From an uncultured delta proteobacterium (GTDB lineage Bacteria; Myxococcota_A; UBA9160; SMWR01), in NCBI GenBank assembly GCA_963832165.1, contig CAWHTE010000011.1, forward strand, positions 704,001 through 768,000: a DNA stretch of 64,000 bases, in the 5' to 3' direction. The position numbers and the translations under genes are program-made. The notes under the pieces were generated by a model. It worked only from the letters and a program-made list of their open reading frames with translations. It made no database searches and was not told the origin of the DNA. This document shows positions 48,930 to 58,544 of the stretch, one piece after another; positions within the stretch are counted from its first letter, which is position 1; every line of letters begins with the position of its first letter.

Positions 48930-51228
48930 ATGGCGCAGCGGTTAGGTCAGGGCGAGCTGATCAAGCACACCGAACGAGAGACGGCTTCGCCCGCCGGGCG
49001 CATCGAGCCCACGCGCCGCGAGTTCCTGCAGGTCCTGATCGGCGGGTCCACGCTCATGATCGGCGGCGTGTTCCTGACTCGCGAAGAGGCCGCGGCGCTG
49101 CCGGGGCCCGGGAACAGCACCGAGTATGTCGATATCGGCGACACGCTCGTCCTCGTCGAGACTCCCTACAAATACAACCTCACGCTCGAGGTGACGCCCC
49201 ACAATCGCGTGCGCTTCGAGCTGCCGCGCGAAGACAAGGGGCAGGGCATCGCGACTACGTTCGCGATGGTGATCGCCGAGGAGATGGATGCGGATTACGA
49301 CCGCGTCGACGTCGAGCTCAGCGACCGGCGTGCCGATCGGTTCACCACGATCACGGGTGGTTCGTCGACAGTCCGCACGCTCTACGAGCCCGCGCGCACG
49401 GTCGCCGCGAACGCGCGCGAGCGGCTGAAGATCGCGGCGGGGCTGCGCTGGGGAGTGCTGCCCACCGAGCTCACGACCAAGATGTCGATGGTGATGCACC
49501 CGCCGACCGGGCGCGCGGCGAACTACGGAGAGCTCTCGGCCGAGGCCGCCGCACTCAATCTCCCCGTGCTGCCGCTCCCGCTCAAGCCCGTGAGCGAGCA
49601 CACGATCATCGGCACGTCGAAAGGTCGCAAGAACGCGCGCGCGATCGTCACGGGCGAGCAGAAGTACGCGATGGACCTGGGTCCGGACGAGGGGGTTCCC
49701 GGCAACGCCCTGCCCGCGGTGATCGCGCGGCCGCCCGACATCAAGGGGCACGTGGTCTCGATCAACAATCTCGCGGCGGTGCAGGCGATGCCGGGCGTGG
49801 TCGGCGTCGTGCAGATCGATCTGCCCGATCGCGGTCCGGTGCCGCTCGGCGCGAGCTTCCCGCAATCGACCGGCGTCGCGGTGGCCGCGCAGACGTTCCA
49901 CCACGCGCTCGCCGCGCGCGACGCGCTGAACATCACGTGGGCGCCCGGGCCGCTCGCGGGCACGTCCGACGCCGACATCAAGGCCGTGCTCGAGTCGATC
50001 AACCTGCCGCTCACGCCGGCGCTGCCCGGCGTCGAATCGCTCGACGCGAGCTTCGACTTCCCGTACGCCGCGCACGCGGCGCTCGAGGTGATGAACGCGG
50101 TCGCCCACGTGCACGGCAACTCGGCCACGATCTGGTATCCGTCGCAGACGCCGAACTATCAGGCCGGGCAGATCGCGGCCGCGATCGGCATTCCCGAAGC
50201 CAACGTCACGATGCACATCCCGTTCGCGGGCGGTGCGTTCGGTCGCCATCTGTTCGGCGAGTCCGCGATCGAGGCGGCGCTGATCTCCCAGGCGCTCAAC
50301 AAGCCGATCAAGCTGATGTGGACGCGCAACGACGACATGCGCCATGGCCGCTTCCGGCCAATGACGCACCACGACCTGCGCGCGATGTGGCTCGGCGGGC
50401 TGATGCTGTCGTACGAGCACCGCATCGCGTCCGCCGAGATGGATCTGCGGCACGGCTATGGCGACCTGTTCCTGGGGGCCGGCTATTCGGGCGCCCACCT
50501 CGCGATCGAGGAGGCGGTATTCAACGGCACGGTCTCGGTTCCGTACGAGTTCGGCATCACGAGCCAGCTGATGATCCCGCAGCGCTTCGAGGTGCCGACC
50601 GGGAGCTGGCGCTCGATCTACGCGGGCTGGACGAACTGCGCCAACGAGATCTTCGTCGACGAGATCGCGCGCGCGCACGGCATCGACGAGGTCGCGTTCC
50701 GGCTCGCGCACACCACGCTCGGAGCAGGGTCGTCGCTGTCTCGAGAAGGTGGCCGAGATGGGCTCGTGGGGCCGGCCGATGCCCGCGGGCCATGCCCAGG
50801 GCGTGGCGCTCGACGTCGAGTTCCGCTCCGCGGCCGCCTACCTCGTCGAGATCGACACCACGGGCCCCGAGCCGCGCCTCACGCGCGCGTTCTGCGCCGT
50901 CGACGTGGGCGTTCCGATCAACAAGAAGGGCCTCGAAGCGCAGATGCAGGGCGCGCTGATCGACAGCTGGTCCGTGATGTTCCGCGCGGGCAACCACCTC
51001 GACAACGGGACGATCCGCGAGAACAGCTACCACAACTTCCTGTGGGCACGTATGAACCACACGCCGCTCACGATCGAGGTGCACGTCTTCGACGCGACGC
51101 GCGACACGCCCGGGGGCGCCGGCGAACTCGGCATCCCGTGCGGGTCGGCCGCGTGCGTGAACGCGTACGCGCGCGCCACAGGTACCCACCCGCGCCGCTT
51201 CCCGATCCAGGAATTCCCTCCGACCTGA
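48930..51228 (+). CDS. Molybdopterin-binding subunit, isoquinoline 1-oxidoreductase beta (IorB)-like, Tat signal; frameshift near 50721
   Basis: TRREFLQ, GQGIAT, TGGSSTV, AGGAFGR, WTRNDD, WRS; continues in ORF 50749-51228 (AQMQG, GGAGELG). Confidence 0.88.
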
Positions 51229-51238
51229 GGCTCGCCCG

Positions 51239-51745
51239 ATGCCCGTATACAACCTGATCGTGAACGGCGTGCCCCGCACCGTCGAAGCGCCCGCCGACAT
51301 GCCGCTGCTCTGGGTGCTGCGCGATCTGCTCGGCGTGACCGGCCCGAAGTACGGCTGCGGCATCGGCGTCTGCGGCGCGTGCACGAGCCACATCAATGGC
51401 CAGCCGAAGCGCCTGTGCATCCGGGAGAACATCGACCACGAGGACGTCCCGAACAGCGCCGCACCGATGGTCGGCGAGGTCGGCAGCGCGCCGATCGTCA
51501 CGATCGAGGGGATCGCGAGCGGCGACGTGCTGCACCCGATCCAGCAGGCCTGGATCGACGAGGATGTGGCTGCGTGCGGCTACTGCCAGCCGGGTCAGAT
51601 CATGCGGGCGCTCGCGTTGATCGCGGCGATTCCCAATCCGTCGGACGCCGATATCGACGAGGCGATGAGTCACAACGTGTGCCGCTGCGGCACCTACGTG
51701 CGCATCCGCGCCGCGATCAAGCGCGCCGCGGCCGCGATGGCGTGA
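51239..51745 (+). CDS. 2Fe-2S subunit (IorA/CoxS-like)
   Basis: [26 protein letters not shown]. Confidence 0.95.
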   Translation: MPVYNLIVNGVPRTVEAPADMPLLWVLRDLLGVTGPKYGCGIGVCGACTSHINGQPKRLCIRENIDHEDVPNSAAPMVGEVGSAPIVTIEGIASGDVLHPIQQAWIDEDVAACGYCQPGQIMRALALIAAIPNPSDADIDEAMSHNVCRCGTYVRIRAAIKRAAAAMA

Positions 51746-52346
51746 GTCTCCGCGCCAAATCCAGAGGCGTATCGACGTCGCGCATGACCCCCGCATCGGG
51801 CATCGCCACGCGCACGACCTCGCGCGCATAGCGGCGCAGCAGGCCTCGCCCGCCCAGGTCGCCCTGGAGCGCGCGCAGCTCGCCGAAGTGGTGCGCGGGC
51901 CAGAGCACCGGGTTGCCGCGCCGACTTCCGCGCACGGGCACGCAGATCGGGCGGCCCTTGCGCGCGAACGCGGCGATCAGCGCGTCGAGGTCCGCCGTGC
52001 TCACCCAGGGCATGTCGCCGAGGCAGATCAGCGCACCGTCGAGTGCCGGGTCGAGCGCCTTCAATCCACACCGCAGCGAGCTGCTGAGCCCGCGCGCGTA
52101 GTACCGGTTGTGCGCGAACTCGACGTCGCGGCCCACCAGTGCGGCGCGCAGCCGCGCGGCCTGGTGGCCCGTCACCACCAGCACGGTCGCGGCGCGCGAG
52201 GCCAGCGCGGCGTCGACCGCGCGCGCGATCAGGGGCTCGCCGCCGAGCGGCGCGAGCAGCTTGTTCGCGCCGCGCATCCGGGTCGAGCGGCCCGCGGCGA
52301 GCACCACTGCGGCAACGCGAGGCCCGCGCGACCGCCGCGCGCTCAC
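51717..52346 (-). CDS. mocA: Molybdenum cofactor cytidylyltransferase-like nucleotidyltransferase
   Basis: [36 protein letters not shown]. Confidence 0.88.
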   Translation of the reverse strand: MSARRSRGPRVAAVVLAAGRSTRMRGANKLLAPLGGEPLIARAVDAALASRAATVLVVTGHQAARLRAALVGRDVEFAHNRYYARGLSSSLRCGLKALDPALDGALICLGDMPWVSTADLDALIAAFARKGRPICVPVRGSRRGNPVLWPAHHFGELRALQGDLGGRGLLRRYAREVVRVAMPDAGVMRDVDTPLDLARRLTPSRPRRA

Positions 52347-53035
52347 GCGGGCTGCCGAAGCTGCTGGATCACCTCGGCCGCGATCGAGATCGCGATCTCG
52401 GCGGGAGTCTGCGCGCCGATCGCGAGCCCCACCGGTCCCCGGATGCGCGCGATCTCCTCGTCGGAGAAGCCGCGCTCGCGCAGGCGCTCGACGCGCTTCG
52501 CGTGCGTCTTGCGACTGCCGAGCGCGCCGACGTAGAAGGCCTCCGAGCGCAGCGCGATCGCGAGCGCGGGATCGTCGAGCTTCGGATCGTGCGTGAGCGC
52601 CACGATCGCGCAGCGCGCGTCGAGCGCGAGCGCCTCGAGCGCTTCGCCGGGCCAGCGCGTGGAGATCTCGACGTCGGGGAAGCGCGCGTCGGCGGCGTAG
52701 GCGTGGCGGGGGTCGATCACGACGACCTCGAAGCCCGCGAGCCGCGCCGCGCGCACGAGCGGCTGCGCGATGTGCACGGCGCCGATCACGATCATGCGCA
52801 GCGGCGGATTCCACACGTTGATGAACAGCGTGCGCCCGTCGATCTGCACCGGCTGCGCGCGATCCGCGCGCAGCGCGGAGTGGATCGCCGGAAGCAGCGC
52901 TTCGCCGAGCCCGGCGGGCGCGCTCGCTCCCTTCTCGAACAGCCACTGCTCGCCCGACTCGAGATCGGTGAGGACCGCCGCGGGGCGCTTGGCGCGCCGC
53001 GCGCGCAGCAGCGCGTCGAGCAGCTCGCGCTTCAC
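52343..53035 (-). CDS. xdhC: XdhC family protein, Rossmann-domain half
   Basis: GAVHIAQPL, LTHDPKLDD, YVGALGSR, GPVGLAIGAQTPAEIA. Confidence 0.9.
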   Translation of the reverse strand: MKRELLDALLRARRAKRPAAVLTDLESGEQWLFEKGASAPAGLGEALLPAIHSALRADRAQPVQIDGRTLFINVWNPPLRMIVIGAVHIAQPLVRAARLAGFEVVVIDPRHAYAADARFPDVEISTRWPGEALEALALDARCAIVALTHDPKLDDPALAIALRSEAFYVGALGSRKTHAKRVERLRERGFSDEEIARIRGPVGLAIGAQTPAEIAISIAAEVIQQLRQPA

Positions 53036-53361
53036 TCCACCCTCTCGACGAAGATCTCGATCTCCCCGCCGCAGGCGAGCCCGACCTCCCAGGCCATCTC
53101 GTTGGTGACGCCGAAGCGCAGGCGCCGCGTGTTTCCGTCCGCGATTGCGCCGCGCGCGGCCTCGATCACCGCGCCCTCGATGCAGCCGCCCGAGACCGAG
53201 CCGAAGAACTCGCCCGCGTCGCTCACCACCACCTGGCTGCCGACGGGCCGCGGAGCGGATCCCCAGGTGGAGACGACGGTCGCGAGCGCGACGCCACGCC
53301 CCTGCGCGCGCCACGTGGCTGCGTGGCCGAGCACGTCGTCGGCGTCGAGAGTGTCGGCCAT
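53032..53361 (-). CDS. XdhC/CoxI family N-terminal protein
   Basis: ATVVSTWGSAPRPVG, GSVSGGCIEG, GLACGG. Confidence 0.92.
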   Translation of the reverse strand: MADTLDADDVLGHAATWRAQGRGVALATVVSTWGSAPRPVGSQVVVSDAGEFFGSVSGGCIEGAVIEAARGAIADGNTRRLRFGVTNEMAWEVGLACGGEIEIFVERVE

Positions 53362-53379
53362 TCGGGAGTCGGCTTCGGG

Positions 53380-53955
53380 TCAGCGAGCCCGGCGGCGGCC
53401 CAGCGCGAACACGGCGAGGCCCCCGGTGAACAGCGCGGCGAGGGAAGCGGGCTCCGGGAGCACGTTCACGGTGAGATCGTCGAAGGTGAACGAGCCCGGC
53501 GAGTTCTGGGTCACCACGAGCGCGGTGATCCCCTTGAACGCGGGGGCGAACTGCGTGAAATCGAGCGGACCGGCGACGGTCGGCGCCGGGATGCTGCCGC
53601 CGGTTCCGCCGATCGCGGAGATCGTGTACTCGCCCACCGTGTCGGCCGGGTTGATCACGTCGAGGCTCTCGACGTCGAACGTGCTCGGGGAGTCGGGCGT
53701 CACCGTCACCTTCGAGAGCCCGAGGTTCTGCTCGTCGAGGTTGAAGGCCTGGTCGTTCGCGCCTCCCGTGGCGTCGGAATAGAGCTCGTAGTGGCCGCGA
53801 TCGACCGTCGTCGTGAGGCCGTTCTCGGAATAGGGCTCGGTACGGAAGTCCTTCCCCTTCGGGGTGTCGTCGTACTCGAGCACCGTGACGGCGGCGGAGG
53901 TGCCGGGCGCGAGCCCGAACACTGCGATCACCAGAGCGAACGTTCGAGGGCGCAT
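53380..53955 (-). CDS. PEP-CTERM-type sorted surface protein
   Basis: Signal peptide; C-terminal LPEPASLAALFTGGLAVFALGRRRAR. Confidence 0.88.
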   Translation of the reverse strand: MRPRTFALVIAVFGLAPGTSAAVTVLEYDDTPKGKDFRTEPYSENGLTTTVDRGHYELYSDATGGANDQAFNLDEQNLGLSKVTVTPDSPSTFDVESLDVINPADTVGEYTISAIGGTGGSIPAPTVAGPLDFTQFAPAFKGITALVVTQNSPGSFTFDDLTVNVLPEPASLAALFTGGLAVFALGRRRAR

Positions 53956-54058
53956 GGCTTCCCTCCCGGATGAGCGGCGGGTGCGGCCGCCAGGATACGC
54001 GAAAAGGTACCCGGAGCGGAAGCGCGGAGATCGGGGGGCCGAACCGGGGCCTACTGGC

Positions 54059-54946
54059 CTACCGCTTCGCCCGCACCCCCTTCGACTCGAGCAGCTTGCG
54101 GATCGGCGCGAGGCCCGGCTCGTAGAGCGCGCCCGGGAGCATCCCGCCGTCCGTGTAGATCGTCGTGCCGTTGATGGTGTCGGCCTGGCCCGAGCACAGG
54201 AACACGACCGCGTTCCCGATCTCCTCGGGCCGGCCCGCGCGGCGGATCGGCACGTTCGCGAAGTAGTCCTCGCCGCCGCCGTCGCCGCCGAGCACGAGGC
54301 GCTCGAAGTTCTCGGTCTGGGTCGGACCCAGTGCGAGGCAGTTCACGCGGATCTTCGGACCCCATTCCTGCGCGAGCGACTTCGTCATGTGGTCGAGTCC
54401 GGACTTCGCGGCGCCATAGGAGACGAGTGTGGGCGAGCCCGCCGGATGGCCGGCCCCGCTCGAGATGTTCACGATCGAGCCCGTGCCGTCCTGGCCGAGC
54501 ATCTGGCGCGCGACGCGCAGCGCGAACCACAGTGGGCTCGTCAGGTTGTTCTGGATCGCGTTGGCGTGGAACAGCGCGGTGCGCGTGAAGTCGTCGTCGT
54601 GCGCGGGCGCGCCCTGGATCTTCGCGATCAGCGCCGGCACCTCCTCGACGATCGGCGTCGGCACGGTGCCGCCCGCGTTGTTCACGAGGATGTCGATCCG
54701 GCCGAAGCGTTCGACCGCGCGCGTCACGAACGCCTCGATCTGCGCGATGTCGGTCTGGTCGCACACCCACTGCGCCGAGCGCTTGCCGTCGTCGTCGATC
54801 CCCGCGGCTGCGGGCAGTGCCGGCAGCGGGCGGCGCGAGCAGCCCACGACCGTGGCTCCCTCTTCGAGCAGGCGCCGCGCGATCCCGACACCCACACCGC
54901 GGCTCGTGCCCGTTACGATCGCCACTCGTCCGTCGAGTTGACCCAT
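54059..54946 (-). CDS. Short-chain dehydrogenase
   Basis: TGTSRGVG, NNAGG, YGAAK. Confidence 0.92.
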   Translation of the reverse strand: MGQLDGRVAIVTGTSRGVGVGIARRLLEEGATVVGCSRRPLPALPAAAGIDDDGKRSAQWVCDQTDIAQIEAFVTRAVERFGRIDILVNNAGGTVPTPIVEEVPALIAKIQGAPAHDDDFTRTALFHANAIQNNLTSPLWFALRVARQMLGQDGTGSIVNISSGAGHPAGSPTLVSYGAAKSGLDHMTKSLAQEWGPKIRVNCLALGPTQTENFERLVLGGDGGGEDYFANVPIRRAGRPEEIGNAVVFLCSGQADTINGTTIYTDGGMLPGALYEPGLAPIRKLLESKGVRAKR

Positions 54947-54957
54947 CGGCGTGTCGT

Positions 54958-56025
54958 TCAGACGTTCGCGAACGCGTGGCGCGGCAGCGTGACGGGCAGG
55001 TCGGCCGAGGTGACGATGCCCGGCGCGGCCTCGCACACGTAGGGGATCGCGTTGATCACGCGCATCGCGGTGCCGACGAGCCCGCTCTCGACGAACGTCT
55101 CGGGCGTTCCCATCTGGAGCTCGCAGGTCATGTCGGGGTCGCCTTCGAAGACGATCCGGTAGGTGCCGTCGCGCGCCGCAGTCGGCCAATCGGGCGCGAT
55201 GTCGTTCGCCAGCCGGTTGATGTGCTCGATCACGATCGCGTCGCGGCCGTCGACCACGCCGATCGTCTCGAAGCGCACCGCGGCGACCGTGCCGGGCTCG
55301 ATCACGCCCGCGGCCACCTCGAGCCGGCGGTCGGTGACGCGCTTGTCGTAGGTTTCGCGGATCGCGTCGAGCTGCACGCCCATGTGATCGGCCACCATGC
55401 GCACGGGCGGTCCCCACGACGACTGCTGGATACCGGGGATCTGCATGATGCAGCGGTGCTCGGGCGGCTTCCCGAAGCCGAACACCTCGAACATCGTGAA
55501 CACGACGGGGTAGTCGGTGTAGGTGAAGATCTCCTGCGTGCGCACCGAGCGGATCTTGTTCGAGAGCGTGGCGAGCGTGAGCACGAGCTGATCGCCCGCG
55601 AAGCCGGGCTCGATCCCGGAGGCGTAGAGCGACGCGCCGCCTTCGCGGCACGCGGCTTCGAGCTGATCGACGTGCTTGGGGTTGTAGCCGGCCGGATGGA
55701 CCAGGCCCGGGATCGACGTGGTGACGACGTTGATGCCCGCCACGAGCATGCGGCTGATGTCGGTGACGCAGGCGTCGGGTCGCGACTCGCCGCTCGCCGT
55801 GTAGCAGACGCAGTCGGGCGACGTCGCGAGCAGCGCATCGGCGTCGGAGGTCGCCGCGACCCCGATCGGACCCGTGCCGGCGAGCTCGCCGGCGTCTCGG
55901 CCCGATTTGGTCGCGCTGTGTACCCAAACACCTGCTAGCTCGAGGTCGGGGCGCGCTGCGAGCACGCGCACCGCGATCGAACCGACCTCGCCCGTCGACC
56001 ACTGGACTACTCGGTACCGACGCAT
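54958..56025 (-). CDS. DapB-like / 2,4-diaminopentanoate dehydrogenase-like NAD(P)H oxidoreductase
   Basis: VVQWSTGEVG, GRDAGEL, SGIEPGF, TAMRVINAIPYVC. Confidence 0.88.
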   Translation of the reverse strand: MRRYRVVQWSTGEVGSIAVRVLAARPDLELAGVWVHSATKSGRDAGELAGTGPIGVAATSDADALLATSPDCVCYTASGESRPDACVTDISRMLVAGINVVTTSIPGLVHPAGYNPKHVDQLEAACREGGASLYASGIEPGFAGDQLVLTLATLSNKIRSVRTQEIFTYTDYPVVFTMFEVFGFGKPPEHRCIMQIPGIQQSSWGPPVRMVADHMGVQLDAIRETYDKRVTDRRLEVAAGVIEPGTVAAVRFETIGVVDGRDAIVIEHINRLANDIAPDWPTAARDGTYRIVFEGDPDMTCELQMGTPETFVESGLVGTAMRVINAIPYVCEAAPGIVTSADLPVTLPRHAFANV

Positions 56026-56131
56026 TGCATTCTCCTCGATCGCGGGTGGGTTTCTTTTGTAGTTGGCTCCTCGGGTCTGTGCAAGACTCGCGGGCGCCCG
56101 CGGCTACCCGTGCGCCCGAGGGAGGAGTGCG

Positions 56132-56950
56132 ATGATTCTCGATTCGTTCCGCCTCACCGACAAGGTTGCGATCGTGACCGGCGCCGGGCACGGCATCGGC
56201 CGCGCGATCGCGGTTGCGTTCGCCGAAGCGGGCGCCGACGTCGTGGTCGCTGCGCGCACACAGAAGGACATCGATGAGACCGCCGCGCTCGTGTCGGCGG
56301 CCGGGCGCACGGGCTTCGCGGTGCCGTGCGACGTGCTCGAGACCGCCCAGCTCGAGAATCTCGTGAAGGTCACGCTCGACCGCTTCGGGCGCATCGACAT
56401 CCTCGTGAACAACGCGGGCGGCATGATCCCGCGCCCGTCGCTCGCGCTCTCCGAGCGCGCGTTCGAGAAGATCGTGCGTTTCAATCTCACGAGCCCGTTC
56501 CTTCTCACGAAGCTCGTCGTGCCCCACATGGTGAAGATCGCGGGCTCGGGCGTGGTGGTGAACATCTCGTCGGGCGCGAGCGAGGCGGTGGTCGGCGGTT
56601 TGATGCCGTACGGCGCCGCGAAAGCCGGGCTCGACCAGATGACGCACATGCTCGGCGGCGAGTTCGCACCCGAGGTGCGCGTGAACAGCATCGTGGTCGG
56701 GCAGATCGATACACCCGGCGCATCGTCCGTGATCACCGACGAGCTGAAGCAGCGCGCGGCGCAGAACATTCCGATGCGCCGGATGGGGCAGAGCACCGAC
56801 ATCGCAGCCTGCGCGCTCTATCTCGCCTCACCGGCGTCCGCGTGGGTCACCGGACGCTCGATCGGTGTGAACGGCGGAGCGGACCACCCGCCGCTCGCGT
56901 TTCCGATCCCCTCGCTGCGCGAGCAGGTGTTCGGGACGCAGAACCGCTGA
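56132..56950 (+). CDS. Short-chain dehydrogenase
   Basis: RBS GGAGGAG; TGAGHGIG, NNAGG, YGAAK. Confidence 0.93.
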   Translation: MILDSFRLTDKVAIVTGAGHGIGRAIAVAFAEAGADVVVAARTQKDIDETAALVSAAGRTGFAVPCDVLETAQLENLVKVTLDRFGRIDILVNNAGGMIPRPSLALSERAFEKIVRFNLTSPFLLTKLVVPHMVKIAGSGVVVNISSGASEAVVGGLMPYGAAKAGLDQMTHMLGGEFAPEVRVNSIVVGQIDTPGASSVITDELKQRAAQNIPMRRMGQSTDIAACALYLASPASAWVTGRSIGVNGGADHPPLAFPIPSLREQVFGTQNR

Positions 56951-57471
56951 TGCGCATCGACCCGCCGGATCGGCTCGCTACGCGCTTCTCCGAGTCTTCC
57001 GCGACGTGGCAGCAGATCCTCGACGTCGATGCCTCGGCGCTCGCGGTGTTCAGCCGGATCTCGGCGCTCTCGGTTGCGTTCGCGACGCTGTCGCGGGAGG
57101 CACTCCAGCGCTTCGGGCTCAACTACGCCGAGCTCTCCGTGCTCGCGATGCTGCGCACCACGGAGCCGGAGCAGCGGCGTTCGCCGACCGAGCTGCGCGC
57201 GCTGGTCGGGCAGTCCTCGGCCGGCACGACGCGCATCCTCGACAAGCTCGAGGCCGATGGCCACCTGCGTCGCGAGGACCTCGATGGAGGGGATCGTCGC
57301 CGCGTCGACATCGTGCTCACGCCCAGCGGTGCCGCTCTCGCCGAGCAGGGGGTTGCGGCGCTGCTCACGGCGGAAACCGCGGTGCTCAGGGCGATTCCAG
57401 CGGCCGGTCGGGCTGCGATCGCGAGCAGTCTCGACGCGCTGCTAGGGGCTTTTGCCACGGATCGGGAGTAG
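56950..57471 (+). CDS. MarR-family regulator
   Basis: TGATG coupling; SPTEL, TTRILDKLE, DRRRVDIVLT. Confidence 0.88.
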   Translation: MRIDPPDRLATRFSESSATWQQILDVDASALAVFSRISALSVAFATLSREALQRFGLNYAELSVLAMLRTTEPEQRRSPTELRALVGQSSAGTTRILDKLEADGHLRREDLDGGDRRRVDIVLTPSGAALAEQGVAALLTAETAVLRAIPAAGRAAIASSLDALLGAFATDRE

Positions 57472-57563
57472 GCACCCGATTCTCGCGGTGCCGGGCCGTT
57501 CGGCCGATGTAGCCCCCGGCGGGGCGTCGAAAAGCGGTTCCCGAGTTCGAGAGGGCGGGCAGG

Positions 57564-58544
57564 GTGGTGCGCGAGATCACGGTGATCGGCGGCGGCGCGG
57601 GCAGCTTCAATCTGCTCTCGGGTCTTCGTTCGCAGACCGACTTCGCGCTGCGCTCGATCGTCACGATGATGGATAGCGGCGGCGACTCCGGCACGCTGCG
57701 CGAATCGTGCGGCGTGCTGCCGCCGGGCGATCTTCGGCGCTGCCTCGTGGCGCTCTCGGAAGAGTCCCAGATCCTGCGCGACCTGTTCTCGTTCCGCTTC
57801 GAGGACGGTCTGCTCGAGGGTCGCAACTTCGGCAATCTGTTCTTCCTCGCGCTCACGCGCTCGCTCGGTAGCGAGCAGCAGGCCGTCTCGGCGCTGGGGC
57901 GGATCCTCAAGATCCGCGGGGACGTGATCCCGGTGACCTGGGACCACGCCCAGCTCATCGCGCGCACGCGCGCGGGGTCGCTGTTGCGCGGCGAAGCCGC
58001 GATCGATGGGCGCGGCAAGCGGGAGGGCCCGCGCCCGTCTCCGATCGAGGAGATCTGGCTCGAGCCCTACGCGCGCGCGAACCCAGCTGCGCTTTCGGCG
58101 ATCGTCGACTGCGACGCAGTGGTGCTCGCGCCCGGAGACGTGTTCACTTCCCTCGTGCCGAACCTGCTCGTGGACGGCGTCTCCGAGGCGATCCGCGCGT
58201 CGCGCGCGCAGCTCGTATTCGTGCTCAACATGATGACCAAGGCCGGCGAGACCGACGATTGGAGCGCACGCCGTCACGTCGAGGAGCTCGCGCGGCGGGC
58301 GGGCCGCGATCCCGATGCGGTGCTCGTGCACGCGGGCATCTTCCCGCGCGCACGCCTGCACGACTACGCCTTCGAGGGCGCTGTTCCGGTCGAGGACGAC
58401 CTGGATGACGCGGCCGCGCCGTTCCGGATCGTGCGCGCCGACCTCGCATCTGCAGGGCCGCTGATCCACCACGAGCCGGACGCGACCGGACGCGCGCTCG
58501 CGGAGCTCGTGCGCGATGCCGCGCCGGTGCGGAGATCCGCGTGA
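57564..58544 (+). CDS. yvcK: YvcK/GlmR (CofD-like) UDP-GlcNAc-binding protein
   Basis: IGGGAG, MDSGGDSG, PPGDLRRCL, NFGNL, PGDVFTSLVPNL, NMMTKAGET. Confidence 0.9.
   Translation: MVREITVIGGGAGSFNLLSGLRSQTDFALRSIVTMMDSGGDSGTLRESCGVLPPGDLRRCLVALSEESQILRDLFSFRFEDGLLEGRNFGNLFFLALTRSLGSEQQAVSALGRILKIRGDVIPVTWDHAQLIARTRAGSLLRGEAAIDGRGKREGPRPSPIEEIWLEPYARANPAALSAIVDCDAVVLAPGDVFTSLVPNLLVDGVSEAIRASRAQLVFVLNMMTKAGETDDWSARRHVEELARRAGRDPDAVLVHAGIFPRARLHDYAFEGAVPVEDDLDDAAAPFRIVRADLASAGPLIHHEPDATGRALAELVRDAAPVRRSA

Noticed and set aside
48790..48930. Moco riboswitch
   Set aside because: Only one long hairpin; I could not match the multi-stem Moco RNA motif by eye
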